Assembly (NCBI GenBank): GCA_965216945.1
Contig: CBDCGU010000003.1
Location: 309,319-373,318 of the forward strand
Length of the DNA: 64,000 nucleotides
Direction of reading: 5' to 3'
DNA from: Acidimicrobiia bacterium
Lineage (GTDB): Bacteria; Actinomycetota; Acidimicrobiia; Spongiisociales; UBA5794
In this document: positions 49,501 through 57,313 of the stretch, one piece after another
Numbering within the stretch: the stretch's first letter is position 1
Layout of the letters: each line of letters starts with the position of its first letter
Program-made: the position numbers and the translations under genes
The notes under the pieces: model-generated
What the model was told of the DNA's origin: nothing
What the model saw: only the letters and a program-made list of their open reading frames with translations
Database searches by the model: none

Positions 49501-50467
49501 GGGTGACCGGAGGAGCCTCGAGTGGTCCTGGCTGGACTCCATCGGGGAACGCAAAGCCGCGGTGCAGCGTCAGGATGTCGGTGACCATACGACCGGCGCT
49601 CACCGAGCCCAGTGTCTCGATGTCGACGACGCTGCCTACCGGCCACTGCACACGAACCGGGGCGAGCACGTCGACTGGTGGGGGAAGCTGATCGACGCTG
49701 ATGAGGTGCTCGATGACCCGAGCTCGAGGGTCGCTCCCGAGCGCGATGATCAAGTCGCCGGGGTCGATGAGCACGGCGCTGGTCGGCGTGTAGGGTCGCG
49801 CCTCCGGCGACTCTTCGCCGATGGGTGCGTAGCGCCCCGGGCCTGTGCGCTGGAAGTAGGCATTGTCGAAGGCATCGGTGAGGGCCTTGCGCACCTGCGG
49901 CGCCCGGCTTGGATCGACGGGTCTCCTCATACCGATCGGGCCGGCGGAGGCAAGGTCGCGGAAGACGGCGGCCACGTCGCTCTCGACCCGATGCATCGTT
50001 TCCGGGTTCACCCACCACAGGGAACACCACCCATCCGGGTTCTGTGCGGCCTGCCATTCAGCGAAGATGCGCAGGATGACATCGATGTCATCACCGCAAT
50101 CGGCAGCCAGAGCCCGATGGCATCGGGTTGCCTGGATGCGCCAGGCTGCCGGCCATTCCTCCTCGATCTGGAGTAGGCCGTCGTCGGCGTCGCTGCCGAC
50201 CACGCGATAGTCGGTCAGTGCGACCAGTGCGAGCACGGTCTCCGGCAGGCAGCCGAACTCTTGCGCCCGCTGCATGGCCGTCGCTTCGTCGCCTGCGGCC
50301 TTGAACTCGAGTGTCACACCACTGATATCCGACAGTGAGGGAGTCGGCCCTATCGATCCCACCAGCTCATCCTCCTCGCCCAAGGTTGGACGTCCTACCT
50401 TCCACGGGCTGGGCGGTGCTTCTGGGGGTCGCACCCGTTCCGGTGGTCGCCCGAGCGACGGTCGCAC
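46550..50467 (-). CDS. Large membrane-anchored multidomain protein: helicase HA2/OB-like, two KH-like, low-complexity linker, TM, SPOR-like, SLH-like
   Basis: 1305-aa ORF with GC3-type codon usage; RLIGIDGTTLRALRVRTG (KH-like), LLALLLAVAAVAAAVWYAA (TM), FVDVP..YSAILWVANTGLLTGC..FCPDAAVT.AELA (SLH-like). Confidence 0.8.
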   Translation of the reverse strand: MRPSLGRPPERVRPPEAPPSPWKVGRPTLGEEDELVGSIGPTPSLSDISGVTLEFKAAGDEATAMQRAQEFGCLPETVLALVALTDYRVVGSDADDGLLQIEEEWPAAWRIQATRCHRALAADCGDDIDVILRIFAEWQAAQNPDGWCSLWWVNPETMHRVESDVAAVFRDLASAGPIGMRRPVDPSRAPQVRKALTDAFDNAYFQRTGPGRYAPIGEESPEARPYTPTSAVLIDPGDLIIALGSDPRARVIEHLISVDQLPPPVDVLAPVRVQWPVGSVVDIETLGSVSAGRMVTDILTLHRGFAFPDGVQPGPLEAPPVTPELLAAPARPTAPIDGSPRIRGRVVGYRRSDQRQAIILIDPMAQDAPIDPADHPDLATWDDIEVMVRGVESDHLGPLVELGRTDGYGSFFVPQAAGVSASDANFGARLREGARLTARALPEFPDGRSTTVSLLPQAIRHLESIPGVDNSRPVPAKVVHHDGRLGSVTVELEHQERVTGMSHRFQVERGRLMNGFNPPAGTPVDVILRPDRSPARRRLPIDVDLIEFVEENQDSFVVNNGWLEMSSAPADISAVLAMLSLDDSVEWERKVVWLYEDNLHLEAALIGPAGDPSLAEIASTLPGFLGGLKRRATAGVIPAPVAPETSDPMTMVDDSAVPQAPVAAKVRRIVARLPVGRAALVEGADGAAIAELRAGPEVLAVTLQDDIVTVLGQSGRAVRSAIDEVHRLILPAKGRLLMPPGSAKRLIGIDGTTLRALRVRTGCNAYDPGDGEMWVVEGPSHAAVKEFIRLAGEQVPGIVGRVTDMEDLEVLVDDSVDWAQVAPVIAEAEANRPRLKDATTTPAAPPDAPVAPLIAPPAGDTASPMASAEPLGMDTTTDPAVPPVVIPPKPAKPASSRPPIKPLKRTDTTAASLMSKAELRAARAEEKAEAKARAKAEKAAAKAEAASLSREEKAALKATKKSAAARGGPSGRKAKREEARAAKASRKAETAEQKAAQKRAKRAEPGEHVFGQSFIPEGEPPRPRSTHGNSGATARSVVKLLALLLAVAAVAAAVWYAANDYFADEVPVPTDATGTSAAVVEAPAAPAATSLFSPLSDASAVAPSACWLAVMATWDTPEQAAEGVAQLRDIGLPATEMDSNLVPDWAADRTVGVVPVETASQAAEAVGRAGPAGFRGVAVESTVDGCAGLDVVPGGASLGFVDVPVGDADYSAILWVANTGLLTGCNPPIGDLFCPDAAVTDAELATAVSQALSEAPADLDTGSTATATVGDLNGAVGLSPADDTTPLTRRTLAEILFQSYQASGS

Positions 50468-50688
50468 GGGCCACTCGGAGAACGCCGAGGAGAGCTACGC
50501 CCACCAGCGCGCCCTCTCTCGGATCCCTACACGTGATCGCCGCCAGCGTGCCATTCCGCCCCGGCCCGGTCATCGTCACATCTGATGATTTTGCGAAACG
50601 TGTGCGAGGGGAGGTGGGTCACGGCCGTGGGGACCATCGTGAGCGTGAGAACTCGCTCGAGCACTCGCATCGAGCGACCTGTGACCGG

Positions 50689-50762
50689 TCGGGCTGGCCG
50701 GATTTGAACCGGCGACCCCCTGCTCCCAAAGCAGGTGCGCTACCAAGCTGCGCCACAGCCCG
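50689..50762 (-). tRNA. tRNA-Pro(TGG)
   Basis: CGGGCTGTGGCGCAGCTTGGTAGCGCA-CCTGC TTTGGGA GCAGG-GGTTCAAATCCGGCCAGCCCGA. Confidence 0.97.
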
Positions 50763-50883
50763 TAGCCCGGATTCTGCCACGCCGGCCGGCATGCGGCGAT
50801 CCGGGACGACAACCACCCTTGGGCACCCGCGATGCGGGAGTCCGGTGGGCGGGCAGGTGCCGGCCAACTGCTAGCCTCGCTTC

Positions 50884-50957
50884 GGGTCGCTAGCTCAATT
50901 TGGCAGAGCATCGGACTCTTAATCCGCAGGTTCCGGGTTCGAGTCCCGGGCGACCCA
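50884..50957 (+). tRNA. tRNA-Lys(CTT)
   Basis: GGGTCGCTAGCTCAA...CGGA CTCTTAA TCCG...GGTTCGAGTCCCGGGCGACCCA. Confidence 0.97.
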
Positions 50958-51053
50958 CGTCGTGGCCCTCGTGTGATGCGGGGGCCACTCCGCTCGCCGC
51001 ACCAGGCGGGCCATCCGCGACGGGGAGGCCATCTGCGACAATGATCCGCGAAC

Positions 51054-51137
51054 GCGGGCGTGGCGGAATTGGCAGACGCGCCAGGTTTAGGTCCTGGTGG
51101 GCATAGTCCCGTGGGGGTTCGAGTCCCTCCGTCCGCA
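51054..51137 (+). tRNA. tRNA-Leu(TAG)
   Basis: GCGGGCGTGGCGGAATTGGCAGACGCG-CCAGG TTTAGGT CCTGG, long variable arm, GGTTCGAGTCC. Confidence 0.96.
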
Positions 51138-51168
51138 CCTCCGAGCGGCGAGGAGAGGTGATCCATCA

Positions 51169-51744
51169 ATGACTGCGGCCCCCGTCAGCCGGTATCCCGT
51201 GCCGGCCATCGAAGATCTGCCCGAGGACATCAAACAACTCGTTCTCGAGGTGCAGGAGAAGGCGGGCTTCGTGCCCAACGTGTTCTTGGCGCTCGCCCAC
51301 CGACCAGACGAGTTCCGGGCCTTCTTTGCGTATCACGATGCGTTGATGGAGCGCGACAGCGGCCTGACGAAGGCCGAGCGCGAGATGATCGTCGTGGCGA
51401 CCTCGGGGGCGAACAACTGCCAGTACTGCGTGGTTGCACACGGGGCGATCTTGCGCATCCGATCCAAGAACTCACTGATCGCCGACCAGGTGTCGGTCAA
51501 CTACCGCAAGGCGGACCTCAGCGACCGTCAACTCGCGATGCTCGACTTTGCGATGAAGGTCGCACAGGAATCCGACAAGATCGGCGACGGTGATTTCGAG
51601 ACGATGCGCCACCATGGGTTCGACGACGAGGACATCTGGGACGTCGCGGCCATCGCCTCTTTCTTTGCGCTGAGCAACCGCATGGCCAACTTCACGTCCA
51701 TGCGGCCGAACGACGAGTTCTACGACATGGGTCGCGACTTCTGA
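51169..51744 (+). CDS. Peroxidase-related enzyme (AhpD/CMD family)
   Basis: GFVPNVF, EREMIVVATSGANNCQYCVVAHGA, FFALSNR. Confidence 0.92.
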   Translation: MTAAPVSRYPVPAIEDLPEDIKQLVLEVQEKAGFVPNVFLALAHRPDEFRAFFAYHDALMERDSGLTKAEREMIVVATSGANNCQYCVVAHGAILRIRSKNSLIADQVSVNYRKADLSDRQLAMLDFAMKVAQESDKIGDGDFETMRHHGFDDEDIWDVAAIASFFALSNRMANFTSMRPNDEFYDMGRDF

Positions 51745-51819
51745 GCCTCCCCGGCGAACGGGCGGTGTGCCGTCACCGATCGACCTCGCCGGCGATCGAC
51801 CCCGCCGAACCCGGCGCCG

Positions 51820-52872
51820 TCACGTGGGGATGGTCTCGCCGGTATCCGGATCGAAGACGAGGAGCTTGGCAAACCGCACCCCGATCTCGTCACCCGCCCG
51901 CACGGTCGGGTGACGCAACCGCATGACCACGTCATGACGGCCGAGGCTCAGTCGGGCGAGATGGGCGGCCCCGTGATGCTCGAGGCGACGAATCCGCGCC
52001 AACGCATCGGGCGAATCACTCATTTCGACGTAGCCGGGCCGCACACCGAGCAGCACTCGACCTCCCGCGTGGCTGCCGATCGCGGGGGCCCACGCTCGGA
52101 TACGGAAGCCGTCGCCGACGAGCCAGCTGCCCCGATCGTTCCCCTCGACGACGACGTCGAGAACCGCCAGCTCCCCCATCAACTCGGCGACACGCAGGTT
52201 GCGCGGTCGGTGATACACGGCCTCGGGCGAGGCCGCCTGGATGATGGAGCCCCGCTCCATGACTGCGATCCGATCTGCCACCGACATCGCCTCGACCGGA
52301 TCATTGGTCGCATACATGGTGGTGACGCCGTAGCCACGCTGCATGATCTTCAGGTCACCCCGCAGAGAGATCCGTAGCTTGGTGTCGAGGCGTGCAAGCG
52401 GCTCATCCATCAGGAAGACGGCCGGAGCTCTCACCATGGCTCTGGCGATCTGCACCAGCTGTTGTTGTCCCGCCGACAACTCCCGCGGGTTGCGTGACAT
52501 CAGGGCGTCGATGTGCAGTGCTCGTCCCTCCGCCCAGACACGCTGCTTCACCTCCTCGGCCGGCAGCCGCCGCACCTCCAGCGGAAACGCCACATTGCCC
52601 TCGACGTCGCGGTTGGGAAACAAGACATTGTGTTGGAAGACCATGGCCACATCTCGACGCCCGTGCGGCCTCTGATCCTGCCCATCGATCCGGATGGTCC
52701 CGGAAGCCAGGTCATCGAGCCCGGCGACGGCTCGCAGCAACGACGTCTTCCCGGAACCGGAGGCCCCCACAATCCCGAGGAGCTCACCCTGCGCGACGGA
52801 GAGATCGATCCCGTCGAGGACCGCCACGCCTCCTTTGACGACCCGCACGCCGTCGAGGTCGACTGTTGCCAC
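51820..52872 (-). CDS. MalK/MsiK-like ABC transporter ATP-binding protein with variant motifs
   Basis: GASGSGKT, MVFQ, LSAGQ, FLMDEP, C-terminal TOBE-like domain. Confidence 0.88.
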   Translation of the reverse strand: MATVDLDGVRVVKGGVAVLDGIDLSVAQGELLGIVGASGSGKTSLLRAVAGLDDLASGTIRIDGQDQRPHGRRDVAMVFQHNVLFPNRDVEGNVAFPLEVRRLPAEEVKQRVWAEGRALHIDALMSRNPRELSAGQQQLVQIARAMVRAPAVFLMDEPLARLDTKLRISLRGDLKIMQRGYGVTTMYATNDPVEAMSVADRIAVMERGSIIQAASPEAVYHRPRNLRVAELMGELAVLDVVVEGNDRGSWLVGDGFRIRAWAPAIGSHAGGRVLLGVRPGYVEMSDSPDALARIRRLEHHGAAHLARLSLGRHDVVMRLRHPTVRAGDEIGVRFAKLLVFDPDTGETIPT

Positions 52873-52915
52873 GTTGGCCTCCCCTACGGATCGTATCGAA
52901 GGTGCGTCGCAACAG

Positions 52916-53506
52916 TCAGACGTCCGGCGCCCGCAGAGCCGCAACCAGAGCGTGCAAAGCGCGGGCGCGATGCGAGATCACGTTCTTCTCGGCCGCCGGA
53001 ATCTCGGCCAGGGTCCTGCCGTCGACGGCGAACACCGGGTCATACCCGAAGCCGAGGTCACCACGCCGGTGCGTCGTGATGACACCGTCCAGTCGACCCT
53101 CGACGACCAGCTCGTTGCCGTCGGTGTCCACCAACGCCACGGCGGTGCGGAACCGTGCGCTGCGGTCTTCTACTCCCTCCAGCTCGTCGAGCAACCGTTC
53201 CACGTTCTCCGAATAGGTGGCGTCCGGACCCGCGTATCGGGCGGTGTTGACACCCGGTGCGCCGCGGAGAGCTGCCACTTCGAGCCCGGTGTCGTCGGCG
53301 AGAGCCGCCACCCCGGTGTGGCGCATGACGGCATGGGCCTTGAGGAGCGCATTGCCTTGCAACGTCGGCTCGGTTTCCTCCACCTCCGGCCATGACAGAC
53401 CCTGAACGACGACCGGAGGGTCGCGCAACGCCGCGAGCACCGCATCGATCTCGGCGATCTTGTCCGGGTTCTGCGATGCGACGACGATCCGATCCGGCGT
53501 CCTCAC
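52916..53506 (-). CDS. rdgB: Non-canonical purine NTP pyrophosphatase (RdgB/HAM1)
   Basis: ADDTGL, GAPGVNTARY, FGYDPVF, SHR. Confidence 0.95.
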   Translation of the reverse strand: MRTPDRIVVASQNPDKIAEIDAVLAALRDPPVVVQGLSWPEVEETEPTLQGNALLKAHAVMRHTGVAALADDTGLEVAALRGAPGVNTARYAGPDATYSENVERLLDELEGVEDRSARFRTAVALVDTDGNELVVEGRLDGVITTHRRGDLGFGYDPVFAVDGRTLAEIPAAEKNVISHRARALHALVAALRAPDV

Positions 53507-54204
53507 CGCCGTGCTGCCCGCTGATGGTCGACGAGTTGATCGATCCCTGCGGCAGCCGCATCCAGCATGCGGTCGAGCTGCTTGCGCGAGTACGGGTGGC
53601 CTTCTGCGGTCCCCTGCACCTCGACGAGCCGCCCATCGCCGGTCATCACGACATTGCAGTCGACGTCTGCGGCGACGTCCTCGGTGTACGCCAGGTCGAG
53701 GAGCACATCGTCGCCGAACAGCCCGACGGAAACCGCGGCTACGTGGTCTGTGATGGGAGAGGCCTCCAGCTTCCCCTCCGCCATGCGCACGTCCACCGCA
53801 TCGGCCAGGGCGATCCAGGCGCCGGTGATCGCGGCCGTCCGTGTCCCGCCATCGGCCTGCAAGACATCGCAGTCGACCCGCGCCGTCACCTCCCCGAGGG
53901 CTTCGAGATCGACGGCCGCACGCAGCGAGCGCCCAATGAGCCGTTGGATCTCCTTGGTACGGCCGCTGCTGACCGAGCGGCGTGAGATCCGCTCCGTACC
54001 CGAGCCGGGCAACATGGAGTATTCGGCGGTCACCCAGCCCTCGCCGCGATCACGCATCCAGGGCGGCACATCCTCGTCGAACGAGACGGTGGACAGGACA
54101 CGGGTTCTCCCCATCGAGATCAGCACCGATCCAGGGGTCATCTCGGTGAAGCCCCGCTCGATGACCACGGGTCGTAGCTCGTCGTGGGCTCTGCTCTCGC
54201 GCAT
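53503..54204 (-). CDS. rph: Ribonuclease PH
   Basis: GWVTAEYSMLP, EIQRLIGRSLR, QADGGTRTAAITG, EVQGTAE. Confidence 0.97.
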   Translation of the reverse strand: MRESRAHDELRPVVIERGFTEMTPGSVLISMGRTRVLSTVSFDEDVPPWMRDRGEGWVTAEYSMLPGSGTERISRRSVSSGRTKEIQRLIGRSLRAAVDLEALGEVTARVDCDVLQADGGTRTAAITGAWIALADAVDVRMAEGKLEASPITDHVAAVSVGLFGDDVLLDLAYTEDVAADVDCNVVMTGDGRLVEVQGTAEGHPYSRKQLDRMLDAAAAGIDQLVDHQRAARR

Positions 54205-54219
54205 GTCCGCCTCCGTCCG

Positions 54220-54975
54220 TCACACGGCGACGTGCATGCCTGGTTCCGCCAGCACGATGGGACCGGAATACTCTTCCGCCGCCGCAGCTCGTATGTCCTC
54301 TGGGGGCAGCGTAGGCGCCAGGTGTGTCAGGATCAGCCGGCCCACCCGCGCTCGCTCTGCGATGCGCCCTGCATCTGCTCCGGAGAGATGGTGCTGCGGC
54401 GTACCGCCGGCCGGGGGCTCTCCAAGACCCGCCTCACACAGGGCTACGTCGGCGCCCTGGGCCAAGTGCTCGAATCCGCCACCCGGGCCGGTGTCCCCCG
54501 AAAACACCAGCGACCGCCCGCCGCTCTCGAAGCGAACTGCGTTCGTCGGCGCCGAGTGATGGGCCGGAGCAAACCGCAGCGTCACGTCGCCCACCCGCCG
54601 GGACGTCTCGCCCTCCATTTCCTCGAGCACGAACACGCGGTGGAGAGCATGCTCCTGCCCGGCCTGGAGATACGCGGCGAACCGGGCAATGCCGCCCGGT
54701 GGCAGGAACACCGGTATCGGGCGGTCCAGCGTGCAGCGATAGGCGACGTAGTGGAAGTATCCGAGGAAGTCGACACTGTGGTCGGCGTGGAGGTGGCTGA
54801 TGGTGACCGCACTCAGGTCGGCGGGGTCGAGGTGCCGGCTGAGCTCGTGGAAGGTCCCGCTTCCGGCGTCCGCCCATATCGACTCTGTCGAAGAGCGGAT
54901 CAGGTAGCCCGATGCCGGGGCACCGGGCGCCGGCCCGCTCCCGCTGCATCCGAGCACCGTGAGTTGCAGCGTCAT
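54220..54975 (-). CDS. MBL-fold metallo-hydrolase (RNase Z/AtaC-like)
   Basis: LTVLGCSG, SHLHADH, SGDTG, LTH; usual neighbour upstream of rph. Confidence 0.9.
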   Translation of the reverse strand: MTLQLTVLGCSGSGPAPGAPASGYLIRSSTESIWADAGSGTFHELSRHLDPADLSAVTISHLHADHSVDFLGYFHYVAYRCTLDRPIPVFLPPGGIARFAAYLQAGQEHALHRVFVLEEMEGETSRRVGDVTLRFAPAHHSAPTNAVRFESGGRSLVFSGDTGPGGGFEHLAQGADVALCEAGLGEPPAGGTPQHHLSGADAGRIAERARVGRLILTHLAPTLPPEDIRAAAAEEYSGPIVLAEPGMHVAV

Positions 54976-55256
54976 GCGCTCCACCCGAACACGGATTCGC
55001 CGAAGGCGACGAAGGCCACCCAGAACATCGCGACGATCACGCCCCACATCACCGGCCCGAACATCCTCGTGCGCCAAGATCGAATCGACATGACGACCGC
55101 CACGAACCAGACGAGTACGAGGACGGCGGTGCCCCATGCCGGAACGATCAGACCCGACGCGACCACGAACACACCCATCACCGCCAGCAGTGCCGCACCC
55201 ACCAGGACGTAGAGAACATGGCGGGGGGACAGCTCTTCGTCGACGTCCGGCACCAT
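54972..55256 (-). CDS. Small three-TM membrane protein
   Basis: 94-aa hydrophobic ORF ending FGWSA; ATGA overlap with the next gene. Confidence 0.7.
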   Translation of the reverse strand: MVPDVDEELSPRHVLYVLVGAALLAVMGVFVVASGLIVPAWGTAVLVLVWFVAVVMSIRSWRTRMFGPVMWGVIVAMFWVAFVAFGESVFGWSA

Positions 55257-55400
55257 CCGGAGGCTAGACCACCGGTGCCCCGTCTCATGACGTCTGTTCA
55301 GCGCGATGCGTGCTGCTGTGGCACGTTGCAGCTTGGGCAGGAAACCTGCCGACGAACCGGCGTGCGCCGGTTGGCGAGGACACAGCCGGCGGCGATCCCT

Positions 55401-55796
55401 TCATTCGACGGCCACGGGGATCTCGTGGGCGAGGCCATCGCGGATGTGGAACGCCCGCACCTCCGGGCCGGTCAACGGGCCGGCGATGAGGTGGATCCAT
55501 GTCGGGTCGCGAGCCTCGGCGATATCGGTCGGCGACGGTCGTGCTGCGGCACGCGGATGCGAATGAAAGACGCCTCCGATGGTCCAGCCGTTGCATTCGG
55601 CGTGCTGCATCGCACGCAGGTGCTCCTGCGGTGAGACGGTGAACCGGTGCCGCGACTCGACGACGTTCGTCAGGCAGTACACCATTCGTGGCGACCCGGA
55701 CTCGTCGAGCGCAAGCAGTCCGCACGCCTCGTGCGGCGCACAGAAGCGGGCGTGGGCGATGATCGCATCACGTATCTGCGACGGGAGCCGGATCAC
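55401..55796 (-). CDS. M67 family JAB/MPN metallopeptidase (Mec-like)
   Basis: PHEACGLL and HSHP....PS.TD JAMM motif. Confidence 0.9.
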   Translation of the reverse strand: MIRLPSQIRDAIIAHARFCAPHEACGLLALDESGSPRMVYCLTNVVESRHRFTVSPQEHLRAMQHAECNGWTIGGVFHSHPRAAARPSPTDIAEARDPTWIHLIAGPLTGPEVRAFHIRDGLAHEIPVAVE

Positions 55797-56008
55797 GAGA
55801 TCTCGCCGTCCCCCAGCGCGGCGCGAGCAGCCTCCTCATCTTCCGCCAGCACGACCAGACGGACCGCATAGTCCGCAAAGAACCCGGGATTGAGCCCTCC
55901 CTCGTCGTCGGCCGCCACGCGCGCCACGATGCCCAACGCCCCGAGATGCGCCCGCGACACCTCCGCCTCGCCGCGAGAGAGGTACGTGGCGATCGTGACT
56001 TCGCTCAT
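55793..56008 (-). CDS. DUF2007-like putative signal-transducing small protein
   Basis: EAEVSRAHLGALGI....GG.....VRLVVLAEDEEAARAAL. Confidence 0.75.
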   Translation of the reverse strand: MSEVTIATYLSRGEAEVSRAHLGALGIVARVAADDEGGLNPGFFADYAVRLVVLAEDEEAARAALGDGEIS

Positions 56009-56086
56009 ACCTCGCAATGTAGATGCCAGCGTGCCTCGCCTCGCCCTCAGCACGCGCCACCCTTTTCGGGTGAACGGAGAACCCAC

Positions 56087-57313
56087 CTACGGCGCGTCGC
56101 GGAGGATGGGTTGGGTCATGCATCGTGAGCCACCCCGGCCTCGGCACAGTTCCGAGGCGTCGAGCTCGATCACCTCGATCCCGGCTTCACGCAGCCTGCG
56201 ATTGGTCTCTTGATTTCGCTGGTAGGCCACGACGACGCCCGGCTCCAGCGCAAGGGTGTTGTTGCCGTCGTCCCATTGTTCCCGCAACCGGCCGATGGCA
56301 TCGCCGCCGGTGGGGATCATCTCCAGGCGACGGAGACCGAGCGCCTCTGCCAGCGCCACCTCGAGGTCGTGGGGATGCTCGACGTGAACACGGCCTCCGG
56401 GTGCAGGGGTGAGCACGTGCACGTCGACCCCGTCGAGCAGCCCGGGGAACACGTTGAACTTGTCGACGTCGACCATGGTGAAGACGGTGTCGAGGTGCAT
56501 CACGGAGCGATCGTGCCGGAGGTGGACGACGATGACCCTCTCGACGGTTCCCTCGGCGAACAGCCGCCGCGCCATGATCTCCACGGCGGCGGGTGCGGTG
56601 CGCTCCCCCAGCCCGATCATGATCGCATGCTCGGCGAGCACGAGGGTGTCGCCCCCTTCGATCGTAGCCGGGTAGACATCCGTCGCTTCGCGTCCAAACC
56701 AGACCGGGAAGCGGGACTCTGCGAACCGTGGGTGATGGCGATAGACGGCGCGCACGTACAGCGACTCGCGGGCCCGGGCCGGCGTGGCGAGCACGTTCAG
56801 GCTCAATCCGTTGTTGATCCATGCGGCGTTGTCGCGCATGAAGAGCAGATTCGGCAGTGGGCGGAGGACGTAGTGGAACCGGTCGGCCACGAGATCGGCG
56901 AAGAGGTGATCGATGCCCAGCTGCTCCAGCTCACGCTCGAGAAGACCTCCGAGCAACACGTCGACAACCTGATCGGCGGGAGCATCGGCGAGCGTGGACG
57001 ACAGCTGCTCCGCGACACGAGGGCCGCATTGGGCGGCAGTGATCACCTCTCGGAGCAACTCTGTTCGCACGTCTTGGCGTTGCATCACATCGGTGAGCAA
57101 CTCCTCGAAGTAGAGCACCTCGATGCCGTGCGAGCGCATCCCCGCGACGAAGCGGTCATGCTCCTCCTGGGCGCGCTCCAACCAGAGGAGGTCGTCGAAG
57201 AGCAGCGCTTCCTTGTTCTCGGGGGTGATGCGTGCGATCTCGAGACCGGGGCGGTGGACCATCACCGTGCGTAACCGGCCGATCTCGCTCGAGACACCCG
57301 GAGACGCCGTCAT
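56087..57313 (-). CDS. arcA: Arginine deiminase
   Basis: VSSEIGRLRTVMVHRPG, LLFDD, FMRD, EGGD, MHLDTV, GRGGSRCMTQP. Confidence 0.96.
   Translation of the reverse strand: MTASPGVSSEIGRLRTVMVHRPGLEIARITPENKEALLFDDLLWLERAQEEHDRFVAGMRSHGIEVLYFEELLTDVMQRQDVRTELLREVITAAQCGPRVAEQLSSTLADAPADQVVDVLLGGLLERELEQLGIDHLFADLVADRFHYVLRPLPNLLFMRDNAAWINNGLSLNVLATPARARESLYVRAVYRHHPRFAESRFPVWFGREATDVYPATIEGGDTLVLAEHAIMIGLGERTAPAAVEIMARRLFAEGTVERVIVVHLRHDRSVMHLDTVFTMVDVDKFNVFPGLLDGVDVHVLTPAPGGRVHVEHPHDLEVALAEALGLRRLEMIPTGGDAIGRLREQWDDGNNTLALEPGVVVAYQRNQETNRRLREAGIEVIELDASELCRGRGGSRCMTQPILRDAP

Noticed and set aside
46070-51137. None of the tRNA genes encodes the 3' CCA
   Set aside because: Common in Actinomycetota, where the CCA-adding enzyme supplies it
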